A stretch of 63,107 bases of DNA, counting the filler, from Salisapilia sapeloensis CBS 127946 (Eukaryota; Protista; Oomycota), in assembly GCA_023334545.1 (NCBI GenBank). It is 12 parts of 12 records of this genome, joined end to end, with 100 filler letters (N's around TTAATTAATTAA, not from the genome) between each part and the next. Parts side by side here need not be neighbours in the genome. Positions count along the whole stretch, not along the records: positions 38,782 to 40,235 come from JAADVB010001141.1; positions 40,336 to 41,887 come from JAADVB010001110.1; positions 41,988 to 49,372 come from JAADVB010000517.1; positions 49,473 to 54,550 come from JAADVB010000643.1; 8 more parts are not named here. One strand, 5' to 3'. A program made the position numbers and the translations under genes. This document shows positions 38,782 to 50,420 of the stretch, one piece after another. The notes beneath the pieces were generated by a model that saw only the letters and a program-made list of their open reading frames with translations, was not told where the DNA came from and made no database searches. The stretch's first letter is position 1. Each line of letters opens with the position of its first letter.

Positions 38782-40235
38782 GTGTCTCTCGACAGGCCAT
38801 CTACACCTTCCAGCAATAAGAAAGGTGCTCGAGGAGTCCTTTTGACCGTGGCAGGACTCGCACTGCTCGGAACGCTCTTGCTCGTTGCGCAGGAACCGAC
38901 CACCAACATTCAGGACCAAGTGTCCGTGGGGGAGGTCCAGAACAATGTTGCTCAGGAAGCTATGCACCATGAAAGCAATGTGGTCCAGGAGGAAGGCGAA
39001 GAGGAAGAGTTCTTCTGTGGCATCACCAACCAAGAAACGGGATACATCCAACTGCCAAACAAGCTCGATGACCACTACTTTTACTGGTACGTCGAGTCTC
39101 GGAACGAGCCATCGACCGACCCGTTGGTCCTGTGGCTGACGGGCGGACCGGGCTGCAGCAGTATGATGGCGCTTCTGACTGAAAACGGACCTTGCCGCGT
39201 TCATCCGGACTTGACGACCGAGGTGAACGAGTTCTCTTGGAACAACGAGGCCAACGTCTTGTGGCTGGATCAGCCGACCGGCGTGGGCTACTCGTACGGC
39301 AAAAACAGTGACTATGACCACACGGAAACGGATGTGGGCGAGAACATCTACTGGTTCCTCCAAGAGTTCTTCAAGCTGCATCCAGACCTGGCGGACCGAC
39401 CGTTCTTCATCACTGGAGAAAGCTACGGCGGCAAGTACGTTCCAGCGGCGGCGGGATACATCGCCAAGCAGAACCTCATGCGGCTGCTGGATGACGACAC
39501 GACCTTTATCCATCTGGACGGCATCGCCATCGGCAACGGCATCACGAACCCGCCAGTCCAGTACCTGCACCAGACGGAGATGGCACACAACGCATACAAC
39601 GTCAGTCTGATCTCGGAGGAGCAGTTGGAGGACATGAAACTGGCCGAGCCGGTCTGTCATGAGATGGCGGCAGAGTGCCAGACGGACCACTCGAAGTGTC
39701 CAGAGGCCGCAGAATTCTGCATGAAGGTGCAGGAGCCATACTTTACCTGTGGCCGCAACCCATACGACCTCCGCGAAGAGTGCCACGAAGAAGACCTGAT
39801 AAAATGTTTCGGCTTTGAGCACATTGACGCCTTCCTGAACTCGGACAAGGTGCTCAGGGAGCTTGGAATCGACACGAAGCACTCGCAGGCATGGCGTGAG
39901 TGCGACTACCGAGTGAATGCAGACTTCTCCGGCGACGCACTGATATCCCAGGCGGACAACGTCCTCTTCCTCTTGGACGCTGGTGTCCGCGTGCTCATTT
40001 ACGCCGGAGATGCCGACCTCATGTGCAACTGGGTGGGTAACAAGGCGTGGACGATGGACCTGGACTGGATCGGCAAGCCGTTCTACAACGCTGCAGAGGA
40101 CCGTCCGTTCATGACGAAAGCCGTCGGTAACGCAGGCGAAGTTCGCTCTTTCGCCAACCTCGCCTTCCTCCGCATCTACGACGCTGGGCACATGGTCCCG
40201 ATGAACCAGCCTGCTGTCAGTCTTGAGATGATCAA
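38782..40235 (+). CDS. Serine carboxypeptidase (S10), truncated by gaps at both ends
   Basis: WLTGGPGCSS, WLDQPTGVGYS, GESYGG (Ser), DLMCN (Asp) and AGHMVP (His). N-terminal hydrophobic anchor. Confidence 0.94.
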
Positions 40236-40335
40236 NNNNNNNNNNNNNNNNNNNNNNNNNNNNNNNNNNNNNNNNNNNNTTAATTAATTAANNNNNNNNN
40301 NNNNNNNNNNNNNNNNNNNNNNNNNNNNNNNNNNN
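40236..40335. other. Assembly spacer
   Basis: N-run + TTAATTAATTAA + N-run. Confidence 0.98.
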
Positions 40336-40458
40336 CCTCTACCTACAGGACATGTTCCTCTCTACCTAGAATCGCAGACTAGATGAACACCAACAGGTTA
40401 CCACAAACTCCCGAAGAGTTTTTATTACGATAAACACACTAGCAGACATTCCGCTTTC

Positions 40459-41887
40459 TTACAGCACCACGGACGACGTATGGGGACGCTGGATAGCCAT
40501 GATGGACTCTGCATCGCCAATGGGCGTGCGCTCTCCTCCTTCGGCATCTTCTTCCTCCTCTAGGTTCCTCTTCGATTTGACTTGATGCACGACAATAGCT
40601 CCTACCACGGCAGCCACGACAGCGGCAGCTCCAATCATCCCGGCAATGGCTCCACCTCCAAGAGACGAGTCCGAGGCCTCGCCACTCGTCTTGGTGCTGA
40701 CATCATTTGTCCTCGTGATAGCTCCATTTTCCATGTTGCTCAGAGCATCATCACCGACAGCATAGTCGTCGACACCGACCGTGCCAGCACCTTCAGCACT
40801 CTCTGATGTCGCTTGGGAATCATCCGCATTGCCATCAGCCGATGGAACAACCACATCATTCGTCGTGGCAGGAGTCACTTCCACGCTGTCACTACCTTCC
40901 AATGATAAAGTTTCCACAGAACCACCAGTCGAAGCCGGCGTAGATGCAGGCGTAACGTCCGGAGTAGGAGCGGCATCTGAAGATGCAGACGTTGAGTCAG
41001 CAGTGCCATCTGTAGATGCAGGCGTTGACTCAGGTGTTGACGGAGTAGCATCCGCAGGTGTCAGCGTATCTTCAGGAGCAGAAGCACCGGCATCCGTAGG
41101 TGCAGGCGTCGACTCAGGTGCTGGTGGCATGCCATCCGTAGAGGTAGGCGTCGACTCTGAAGTAGCATCTGCAGGTGCGGGCGTTTTATCAGGCGCAGGA
41201 GTCACGGTCGTCACTGCTGGAGTAGTAGATGCGTCTTTGCTGGCATCTCCTCCAGGGAACTGCGGATCACAATCGATTACATGCGGCGGACTTGTTGTCA
41301 TCGGAGTTTCAGCAGCGGGAGGATCTGTCGCCGGGGCATCGGTTGCTGGGGCATCAGTTGCCGGGGTATCCGTAGCAGGGCTTTCTGGAGCAGGAGAGTC
41401 AGTTGCTGGGGCATCCGTAGCAGGGCTTTCTGGAGCAGGAGAATCGGTCGCTGGGGCATCCGTAGGTGCCTCGGTTGGTGCTTCAGTTGGCGCCGCAGTC
41501 GGAGCCTCCGTGGGTGCATTGGTTGGAGCTTCCGTAGGTGCTTCGGTCGGAGCATCAGTCGGAGCCGGGGTGGCGTCATTTCCAGTACTACCGGCAGGAG
41601 ACTCGAAGTCCGCGCCACCATTTCCACCGCCATTGATTTTGAACTGACTGTTGGTCTCAACACACTTGCCGGCCTGCATAGACACAGTATCTTCGACAGA
41701 GTCACCGTTGACAGACGTCAGCTGAACCTTGACAGAGTTGAGATCACCTTGGGATTCAGCGAGGAAGTAGTAGGCAGAGTCGACCATGGAGCTGCAGGGA
41801 GCATCATTGATCTTCATGTCCTTGACGCCGACAGCAACGTTCGTTGGCTGCACTGCCATGTAGTACGGGTTGGAACCGCTCTTCAGA
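40459..41887 (-). CDS. Type-I membrane protein: expansin-like C-terminal (CBM63-like) domain, Pro/Thr mucin stalk, TM; 5' truncated by gap
   Basis: SGSNPYYMAVQPTNVAVGVKDMKIN...VKVQLTSVNGDSV; (PTEA)n and (PATDS/PAPES)n repeats; TM GGGAIAGMIGAAAVVAAVVGAIVV. Confidence 0.75.
41340..41565 (-). repeat. Intragenic coding tandem repeats (12-nt PTEA units; 15/45-nt PATDS-PAPES-PATDA units)
   Basis: catccgtagcagggctttctggagcaggaga recurs at a 45-nt period around 41367-41466; PT(E/D/N/A)A occurs 9 times. Confidence 0.85.
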
Positions 41888-41987
41888 NNNNNNNNNNNNN
41901 NNNNNNNNNNNNNNNNNNNNNNNNNNNNNNNTTAATTAATTAANNNNNNNNNNNNNNNNNNNNNNNNNNNNNNNNNNNNNNNNNNNN
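41888..41987. other. Assembly spacer
   Basis: N-run + TTAATTAATTAA + N-run. Confidence 0.98.
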
Positions 41988-42073
41988 AGCGCTTCGACTG
42001 AAGCTTCACTGAGTGCGTTCGCCCAGTTGACGTCGCCCAGTGACGATGCGCAGGTCTTGAAGTCCAAGAATAG

Positions 42074-42250
42074 TCCTCGGATAAAAACTCACCCGAACAA
42101 TGCGATAAAGAGGAGGAAAAAGAGTTGGAAATTCTGATTGAAAACGTATGGGGAGGTAGCATTTCAGAACAAGATCTGAACGATAAAGAGCGTGGCCGAC
42201 AGCTTGCGTGGTTGAAGATGGCTGAGCAGCGACTTCGACAGGATGACTAG
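42074..42250 (+). CDS. 3' end of a probable paralogue of the neighbouring FYVE/START gene (remainder lost in gap)
   Basis: Frame reads ...ENVWGGSISEQDLNDKERGRQLAWLKMAEQRLRQDD*, resembling DSKRQNAWVKMTEKRI at the C-terminus of 42742..44593. An in-frame TAG at 42071-42073 means an acceptor site or a lesion. Confidence 0.45.
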   Translation, partial: SSDKNSPEQCDKEEEKELEILIENVWGGSISEQDLNDKERGRQLAWLKMAEQRLRQDD

Positions 42251-42741
42251 ATCACGGTTCGATCTAGTAGAGCAGAAGAATGATACTGAAGTTGAGGTGA
42301 AACTGCGATGAGAGAAGAACGACTAGCAATTTGAATCGACTTGTAGCACATACGAAGCACAAATGAAGCTTTGCTCGGCTATTTACATGTGATAAGAATT
42401 CCATGTCAGCCTGCCAATTTCCCTTTGTTGAACCAAGTTTCCACATGATATCATGCGAGACGATTTAGTATCCCATATCCATCAACATAAAAGGAAGCTG
42501 CCAACACATATTAACAGGGAAACTGGGACTATTTGACCATGCGCAAAGCATTCGGCACCCTTGCAGCAACTCGGAATATGATAGAGGCAAGACAATTCGG
42601 TGGAAGTACTACAGCTTCTTACTGACAGGCAAAATGAAACACTAAATCACACATTAAATTTCTCGTCACGATCTAGTAACAGAAGTTATTTGGACAAGGT
42701 GATGCTTTGGCACCGCTGGACACAGAAAAAGCTTCAAGGAA

Positions 42742-44593
42742 CTAGTTACTGTCGAACTTTTCTTCCTCAAGAGCACTTTGGGCACCAGCAGCAATGCGCT
42801 TCTCCGTCATCTTCACCCAAGCGTTCTGACGCTTGCTATCATCCAACATTGCCCTTTGTTCCGCATCCACAACGTCGGATTGACCTGATCCCGCAATTAT
42901 CCTGTTCCATTCACCGTCGTCCGAAAAGTCCATGCTAGTCGAGCGGTCACTGAAACTCCGACCTCTTACCGATGAGCCAGGAGTGGCAAGGTTCACGAAA
43001 CTACCCATCGGTGTCGATACTACCGAACTCAGCGACATTTTGCCGAGGTCGATCATCTCACCTTCGCACGAGTTGTGATTGCTCGAACTCACTGAGTCTT
43101 CGTCGGTCCAGTGGACACGCGATGTATATACAAGTGTTGTTCCTTCCCTGTTCTCATACCTACCAGCCAGCACCTCTTGTCTCGCAACCCAATACGTGCA
43201 TTCCTGGGTAACTCGGGTCACGCATCGACGACACAGCTTGATCAGCTTTCGCACAGCTTTAAGCCGAGGTACAATGTCGATGCTCCGGCGGTCAACGCCG
43301 CAGTTTGCACACAGAGTGGTACCGCACAATCGACACGAGTACTTCTTCCGCAAAGGACGGAAACGTTTGCTGCATTCGGCACATACCGTCGAGCGACGAG
43401 TGTCCTCCATCACAATTGTGTTGTTGAATTCGTATTCGCGTTGCGACTGTAGTATCCATGTGAGCTTCCGATGGTATGCCAGTTCCGAGGCTGTATGACT
43501 TAGCAAGAGTCCATTCGCAACCACTAGTCATGCCAAGAAATGATAAATAAGCGAGAAGAGGGCTGGATACGAACAGAGGTTACCTTTGGTGGCAACTGAG
43601 TCCATCACATGACCGAAGGCTTCAAAGTACCCCTTGATGTAGACGTCCACCGTGCCGTTCGAGACCTCTCTGAAAAGAGTCGACTGTGATAGTCGAGCCC
43701 GAACGATGCCAGAGATGTTTTGCTGGGAAGGCGCATCTGGTAAGTCCAGACTATGGTACAAGTGATAACCAATGCGCTCATTCTTACCCCTCTTCAAAAT
43801 GCCAGTCGCGGTGATGATGACCAGGTCTCTCGACTTTACGACGTTCCGGATTGCTGCTGGCAGCAGCGGCTCGTTCACCGTCATCTGAAGGGTCAGACTA
43901 CGATAAGGCTGGTCCGGTGTGGGTTTCTCGATCGCAGCTAGAAGCTGTCCATCCACCGTGCGAACTGACGCAAAAGCGGTGGACTGCATCAGCTGTGCCT
44001 CGTCAGGCGCCATGGTTCCGTACATGACATCATCGAGAGTTCCTGGGATCGTTCCTGTCCCCACGAGTAACCGAGGTGCCTGCCACTCCGTTTCGCTACT
44101 GTCGCTAGCCGAGTTACTCCCTGAGCTGCGCGATCTGGCACCGTGCGCAATCTTTTCAGCTGCTGAACTCGTACGCTCTGTGTATATGGTAAGCGCGTCT
44201 CGGGTGCGCACAGGTTTCCAATACTTTGGGTTCAAGGCTCGAGGCATGGAAGAGTCGAACTAGTGTCATAGATAGGATCGTGTCAGTGTACTGCCATATG
44301 GGAAGAAGTATAATCTAGGATGATAGCCTCGAAGATGACTTTGATCTAGTGCTCTTCATGATATATACACTTTTCCTGCATGAGACTACATTGTCACATC
44401 CGACAACTCGACCATGCAAGTAACTGGAGGATAGCTCTGGATATGTGAACAGGAAAGATGTGTAAAGTACCTCATCGTAGTCGACGAGCGTGTCTTGGAC
44501 AAGCCCGAGCGCGATACGCTTGATGTCAACCTTTTGGTCCTCCGTAAGCTCAACCGGGGCGAACGTGTTGGCCTTCCACTGATCCACTGTCAT
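42742..44593 (-). CDS. START-like domain plus FYVE zinc-finger protein; exons 44593..44471, 44259..43584, 43523..42742
   Basis: WKPVRTRDALTIYTER, GTIPGTLDDVMYG and RIGYHLYHSLDLP; FYVE CAECSKRF..RKKYSCRLCGTTLCANC...LCRRC. Introns of 211 and 60 nt keep frame. Confidence 0.85.
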
Positions 44594-45811
44594 CGTGCTC
44601 GCCTCGAGTAGAAGATTGTAGATTGCGCAAATTTGTCACTTTCGTGAATTAAGCCTCCAATCGGAGAGGCTCGGGCGTTGTCTAGTCGAGCGGAGTTGGT
44701 ACAGCGATGAGCTGTGTATAGGACTGCGGCATTTCTTGTTTTCCATCATGAAGGGCTGGCCTAATTAGTAGCAGTGTTCGAGATATCTAGTTCCATACTA
44801 GCCTTACCTAACATCCATTCCTGGAACCGTGATTCTCGGTAGGTATCATTCTCATAGTACTATGCTTACAAGTACACAGGCTACTATCGGTAAAAATCAA
44901 AATGTTCATATGGATGTTGTTCAGTCATTTTACCAGTTGTCATGATAGCTCATTGATCGACAAGATGTGTGTATCGGGGCGAACTTGCGTCAGAAAGCGA
45001 AATTGTTCCCATAATTTGTGCGTGGTCATGACTGCAAGAGTAGCGAGTGTATCTCGTAAGAATAACAGGCAGCGTCCGAGGGAGATGGAGAATATAAGGA
45101 GCATACAGGACAATAACTATGCCAGATAGTCGACAGTGTAAACCTCTTTGGATCTGTCGCAAGCCATCATTCCAAGCAGCGTCTAGCCTGATTCATAAGG
45201 AATCAAACTTACCACAGGTGTGTCGGAAAGCGACTGGACGATTTAGGCTTGACGGATTGTTAAGCGCAGGATTCTACCCATCCATGAGGCCATTTTGAAT
45301 CCAGTTACACAGAGAGATGCCCCACGCGTTCATATCATGAACAAAGAGAAGACTTATAATGAAGGACGGATCATTTGATTGCTTTATAATGAAATAATGG
45401 CAGTTGCGTGCTGAATGTGCTGACTTCTTTCGATTGAGCAACAAACAACCGCTCTACTAGGATTAAAGCCAGCGTGTCAAACTGTTGCGAGCCTAGTGCT
45501 TGCTTAAGCGACAGAACCGCTTCAATACCACTTACTAGCTTACCTGCATTGAACTGTTAAATGGCGACTACGGTCTACTGGGAAGCATGGACTAACTTTG
45601 ACTGAAATCATCCTCTGTTTACTGCTTTAAATATACCTCCTTCGTCGGTGATCCATTTAATTCATAAAGCGCACGCGTTCTTCACAAGGTAGCGTACCTG
45701 CATACATGCATCCTGTCGGCAGATCGCTCAGGTACTCGCATGTGGTAAATTGCTCAGATAAAGGAAATACATAAAGAGGATTTGAATCAAGGAAAACGGA
45801 AATCAACTTGT

Positions 45812-47284
45812 TTACATCGAGTACATCTTGAGTTTAAGGAAGAAGGCAGTCACGATAGCCGCAATAGCGCTGAGAATGCCACCGAGTAGCACTGGAAGCT
45901 TGTATCCCATGGACGTATTCACAATTCCCGTGCCTACAAGGAAATTTATCAGTTGTCCTGCGGCATTGGCAGAGTTCAATGCGCCGACGTAGACTCCGAT
46001 GTTGTCGTCTCCGAAGACGTGGACGATGAGCGGGACCATCAGCGCGAAGATGACGCATTGAGAGATACCACAAATAGCAACCCAGAAGGTAGCTAGACCA
46101 GCGCTTGACGAATATGCGAGCGCAATGAGGCAGGCCTGAGGAATGAGCGAAACCGCGAGGGTCCACTTTGCTCCAAACTTCGAGACACAGAACGGCACAA
46201 CCCACGAGGTAACGTATCCGACAACGTTAAAGATAAGGTCGGCACGACCACCAGCAATCTGGACACCATCATTGTAGTCTTGCTGCGCCTCATTACAGGA
46301 ATCACCGCAGTTATCGGCCCCTTCGGCCTGACCTTCATACACCTCAAGGCCGAAGAACTGCCCCTTGTTACCGTTATACGCCGTGTATCCGTACTGAACG
46401 AGTAGGAAGACGATCCAGTAGACCACAAGTGGACCAGTGAGCGTCTTGACACCGTAGTAAATCTGGTAGAAGGCATGGCCGATTTGCTTCAGAACAGGCT
46501 CCGTCGTCTCAGGCTTCTCCATTGGAGTTTCTTTGGCAAAGATGCAGCAGATACCGACGCAAAGCAGCATCACAACTGCGAGCATACCAAGGAACCAGTG
46601 AATCGTAAGGTAGGCAGATCCAAAGATCTCAATGTAGAGGGCAATAATAATTGAGCCGAGAGTCGACCATCCCTGTCCGAGAGAAGCGCCAAGTGTCTGA
46701 CGGTCTCCGGCAAAGTCAGCGATAATGAGGAAGCTGGGCGTCATGACGACGTTGACGGTGACATCCATCCAAATGTAAAAGATGATGGTAAACATGGCCG
46801 TGTAGGTACGACTGGTCGGGCCCGTTCCGTCACCATAGTCACCGCAAGCAGTACCCATTTCACGTGTGAATCCCATCAATGTCCAGCAGATCGCACTTGT
46901 GATCGCTCCACCGACAAGAAGTGGGCGACGACGGCCGAATGGGTTTGTACTCTTGTCACTGAAGACACCAGTAATGGGGGCGACGATAATACCGGAGAGT
47001 GGCCCGATAAGTTGTGTGGCTTGGACAGCCGAGTTCGGAAGCATGGTACTCAAATACGGTCCGAGGGCAGCCCATTGGGCTCCCCATGCCATTTGGGTAG
47101 CAAGGCGAGGGAGCGATACGGCTAGGAGCAGCCAAAACGATGCACCGTTAGATTGCTTGGCATTGTCGTCTTTGCCAAAATCCTGATCATTGGGAGTTGA
47201 GCTGTGGTTGGGCATTTTCGTGCCTGGAGAGATGAGACCCTCTTCGAGGCCAGGGCCGAGGTTGGCATCGCCACCGGTAGTCAT
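45812..47284 (-). CDS. MFS/GPH sugar transporter (plant SUT / SLC45-like)
   Basis: QMAWGAQW, GPLSGIIVAPITGVFSD, FGRRRPLLVGG, WMDVTVNV and GVYVGALNSANAAGQ; about 12 TM segments. ATG at 47284 (the ORF track starts at a GTG). Confidence 0.9.
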   Translation of the reverse strand: MTTGGDANLGPGLEEGLISPGTKMPNHSSTPNDQDFGKDDNAKQSNGASFWLLLAVSLPRLATQMAWGAQWAALGPYLSTMLPNSAVQATQLIGPLSGIIVAPITGVFSDKSTNPFGRRRPLLVGGAITSAICWTLMGFTREMGTACGDYGDGTGPTSRTYTAMFTIIFYIWMDVTVNVVMTPSFLIIADFAGDRQTLGASLGQGWSTLGSIIIALYIEIFGSAYLTIHWFLGMLAVVMLLCVGICCIFAKETPMEKPETTEPVLKQIGHAFYQIYYGVKTLTGPLVVYWIVFLLVQYGYTAYNGNKGQFFGLEVYEGQAEGADNCGDSCNEAQQDYNDGVQIAGGRADLIFNVVGYVTSWVVPFCVSKFGAKWTLAVSLIPQACLIALAYSSSAGLATFWVAICGISQCVIFALMVPLIVHVFGDDNIGVYVGALNSANAAGQLINFLVGTGIVNTSMGYKLPVLLGGILSAIAAIVTAFFLKLKMYSM

Positions 47285-49372
47285 CGCAAAGGGAAGTTTC
47301 GGGGAGTAGACTTGTGGAGGTCGATGCAAATTGGAGAATGAGAATGGTGAGACCACGCGATTCTATGAGGCAGGCTGGTTGAATGTACCTTTTTGCGTAG
47401 AGACGGACGTGACTAGAGTGTCTACGAGCAGTCAACGTGCAAAGATGGGCGACTAGGTGCTTGTGGTACGACGTGAATGGAACTACAGGTATGTTCGATG
47501 GCTTGCCTTATGCAATGAAACCCGAATTTTAGCTTCTGGACAAAGCGAATAGAGCAATGTAGGCATTCATGAGCTTCCGATGCACGATACAAGAGCGTAT
47601 TGACTGCGGCGTGCGCACATATACACGTTCTCGGAATTATTCCGATAGCTGTTTGTTAGTAACCTAATTCACAAGTAACCACGTCCCGTTTGTTGACAGC
47701 TCTTCCTTACAAAAGTATACGTAAAGCTTGGAATCAGAGATCAAGGAATTATTCGCTATGCCCTCTACTTGATGTATTGCTGATTGTGCAATGGAATAAA
47801 AGAGTTGTTAAGATCTTGTCCATTTACAGGTATTTGCGCTACACCGAAACGAAACGCTGAGGTTGGATCTATATTCCAATTACATCTTCAGTTTCAACTG
47901 CCAAAATGGGAAGCTACCAAGCACCAGGCGATGAAAGGATTCACCCACTAATCTGAGGCAGTTACCATAAAAAGTCCTCCTGGCGTGCGTCCACGATCAA
48001 AGTTGAAGCAATGCACCAGGCGGTCAGCTGCGTAAGGGCTCTATGCAGGCATGCGAGGGAAGTATTGACAAAAGGCATGTACGACAGTACTATGACACAT
48101 CAGAGTGAAGCCAGTAGAGAGAAAACTTCAAGCATGTGGACGCTAGTAGGTACAGGCGAATAGGCGAAGTTGGTAGACAGGGGATGCACGATGCATCGCA
48201 CTGACATGTACAAGCCCATGCTCCCGATCGCACTCGCACAAACGGAAGGCAACAATGGAAATGAAGGCGTGTGTACACAGAGTTAGGCGTCGTGCACCGG
48301 ATTTAAATTCTTCGGAGAGTAGACACGAACGCGTGTGTCACGGCAGAAATTTACGCAGAAGGAGATTTGCATCCAGTACGCATTCATGCACGTTAGTCGA
48401 AAGGTACGTGGAGAAGAATCAGTCGGCAATTGCGCCGTCGTTTACTCTGGTCAGATCCACTTATTAATGTCTCCCTGATGTGTAGCGCTTTCAAGATGTT
48501 CGTAGCAAGCCGTAGCTACCTATTTAGTAGGAGCACACCAATTTGGTAGGGTCATGTCAAGAGTAGCTTTCAGCAAATATGAACGAATAAGCTACTGCTA
48601 TTGCAATTGGTAAAAAACCTTTTCATACCACGATTTATTTATTTTATATTGTTGTTGAAGTGTTTGCGTGCGCCTGCATTTCATTTTCATACATGTTGAA
48701 GTGACTGCAACATGCAACAATCTAAGAACTTCATGTATCCTGCGATGCCTCCTTTCAATCAGCAAATTCTAGAGAAATTTAATGGTTTGCAAAGTTTCCT
48801 ATAAAATAGATGTCCTGGATTTGAGCTGAGCAAAGCATTTCTATAAACGAGTTGAGTGTACCTTTATCATGTTGCTAGCGAGTCTAGCATTGGCACGGGG
48901 GTTATCGACAAGCCCTTTGAGGTCGATGGTAGACACTTCAAATATCAAGGCCTCTAGTGAGACCATAACGATTCCTTCAATAGAAGATAGACTGATACGC
49001 ATACTAATTTAATTCCCGTGAGAGCGATGAAACGGGCCAGGCTAAACTTTGGTGGTCCATGCACAAATGCCCCGCTTGCATTGCAATAACAATCCCAACA
49101 AGTTTATCCCGTACTTTGCTATTGTGTCTTGGTCGCTTTGCTGTTGAGAGCTCGACATGAGGATCCACTGTGTTGATAAGGAGGCATCCGCGTCTACTCG
49201 TTATTCGCTGCATTTGAATTGTGGCAGCAATTCAAGAGTCTACGCCGTAGCGCTTCGCTCCTTGAGTTTGCAAAGCTAAAGAGGATCTCGACATGTCGGT
49301 ACAATTGAATGACCATGGACGAGAGTAGCACAAGCGATGTAGTTCCCGAGGTGGTACGAGTTTGTAGTACTG

Positions 49373-49472
49373 NNNNNNNNNNNNNNNNNNNNNNNNNNNN
49401 NNNNNNNNNNNNNNNNTTAATTAATTAANNNNNNNNNNNNNNNNNNNNNNNNNNNNNNNNNNNNNNNNNNNN
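49373..49472. other. Assembly spacer
   Basis: N-run + TTAATTAATTAA + N-run. Confidence 0.98.
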
Positions 49473-50143
49473 GCAGGCAGCGTGTCCACGGGCCCAAAGT
49501 CGCAGTGGCCTGGGCGGTAGCTCTTCACGTGCGTCGCCATCTGCGCGATCACGCACACTTGGCAACAAAAGCTGCTCCACATGTCAAAGCAGCAGTTGCC
49601 GGGGATTGAGAACCGGTCTCGCGTCTTGGAGCGCAGATGCCACACGAGGATAAAGTACAACATGGACCCGAGAGACGCCAGCGAGTAGAACACTTGCGCC
49701 AGCGCGAGGTTCGACCCGCTCAGCCCGACGTCTTTGGCAGAGTCGTAGCGGTCCCAAAAACTCGCGTTTTCCCACCGACGCAAGACGCCGTCGTCGTAGC
49801 GCTCCGAAGGCTCCATCGTAGTCCCCACTTCGACACTCGAGACGACTGCCCAGCACCCCTGGCTGAAGATCCATAGGCCGAGGAAAACCAGGAGAGACTT
49901 GCCGTAGCTCATGACGCCCAGCCGAGCCGAGATCTGCGCGAGCGAAACGCACGAAAAGCACCAGGCCATGAGGCAGTTTGGAACCAAGTGCACGAAGCAG
50001 CCACAAAAGTCGGCGTCCCACTCGCCCACGACGATGCCGTTCTCGTCCACCTGCGCTCCGTCAGTGGTCGTCGGCGGAATGTAGCCTTCTCCTTTCGCTT
50101 TCTCCACGGCCGGGTCGTCTTCAGGTTTCTCCACGTCAACCAT
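49473..50143 (-). CDS. PLAC8-family protein; last codons lost in gap
   Basis: GEWDADFCGCF, CLMAWCFSCVSLAQISARLG and RDRFSIPGNCCFDMWSSFCCQVCVIAQMATHV. ATG at 50143. Confidence 0.88.
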
Positions 50144-50420
50144 CCTGACACGAGACTTGGGTCGATGGACTTGATGTGGTCGAACTGAGATTTTGGAAGA
50201 AGCGGTCGAATACGTATCATTCGAGGCCGAATGAGCGCATTGTTTCGACTGTGGATCCAATGGACAGCCTCCAAAGAGAACCCATCTTGACGTGGATACG
50301 CGTACCACGAACGTACCGACCGGCCTACCGCCAGCAATCTGATAACGACATGAAGAGCGCAGCGTGTGCATTCGGTTACCTGTCTACAGAAGCGAAAAAA
50401 AGGAGTACATCTACTACATC

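Noticed and set aside
47400-49372. 2-kb ORF-poor stretch (also 4.4-5.3 kb, 11.3-12.2 kb) as possible ncRNA, tRNA or rRNA locus
   Set aside because: No cloverleaf, snRNA or rRNA signature recognised by eye; Infernal/tRNAscan-SE would be needed.
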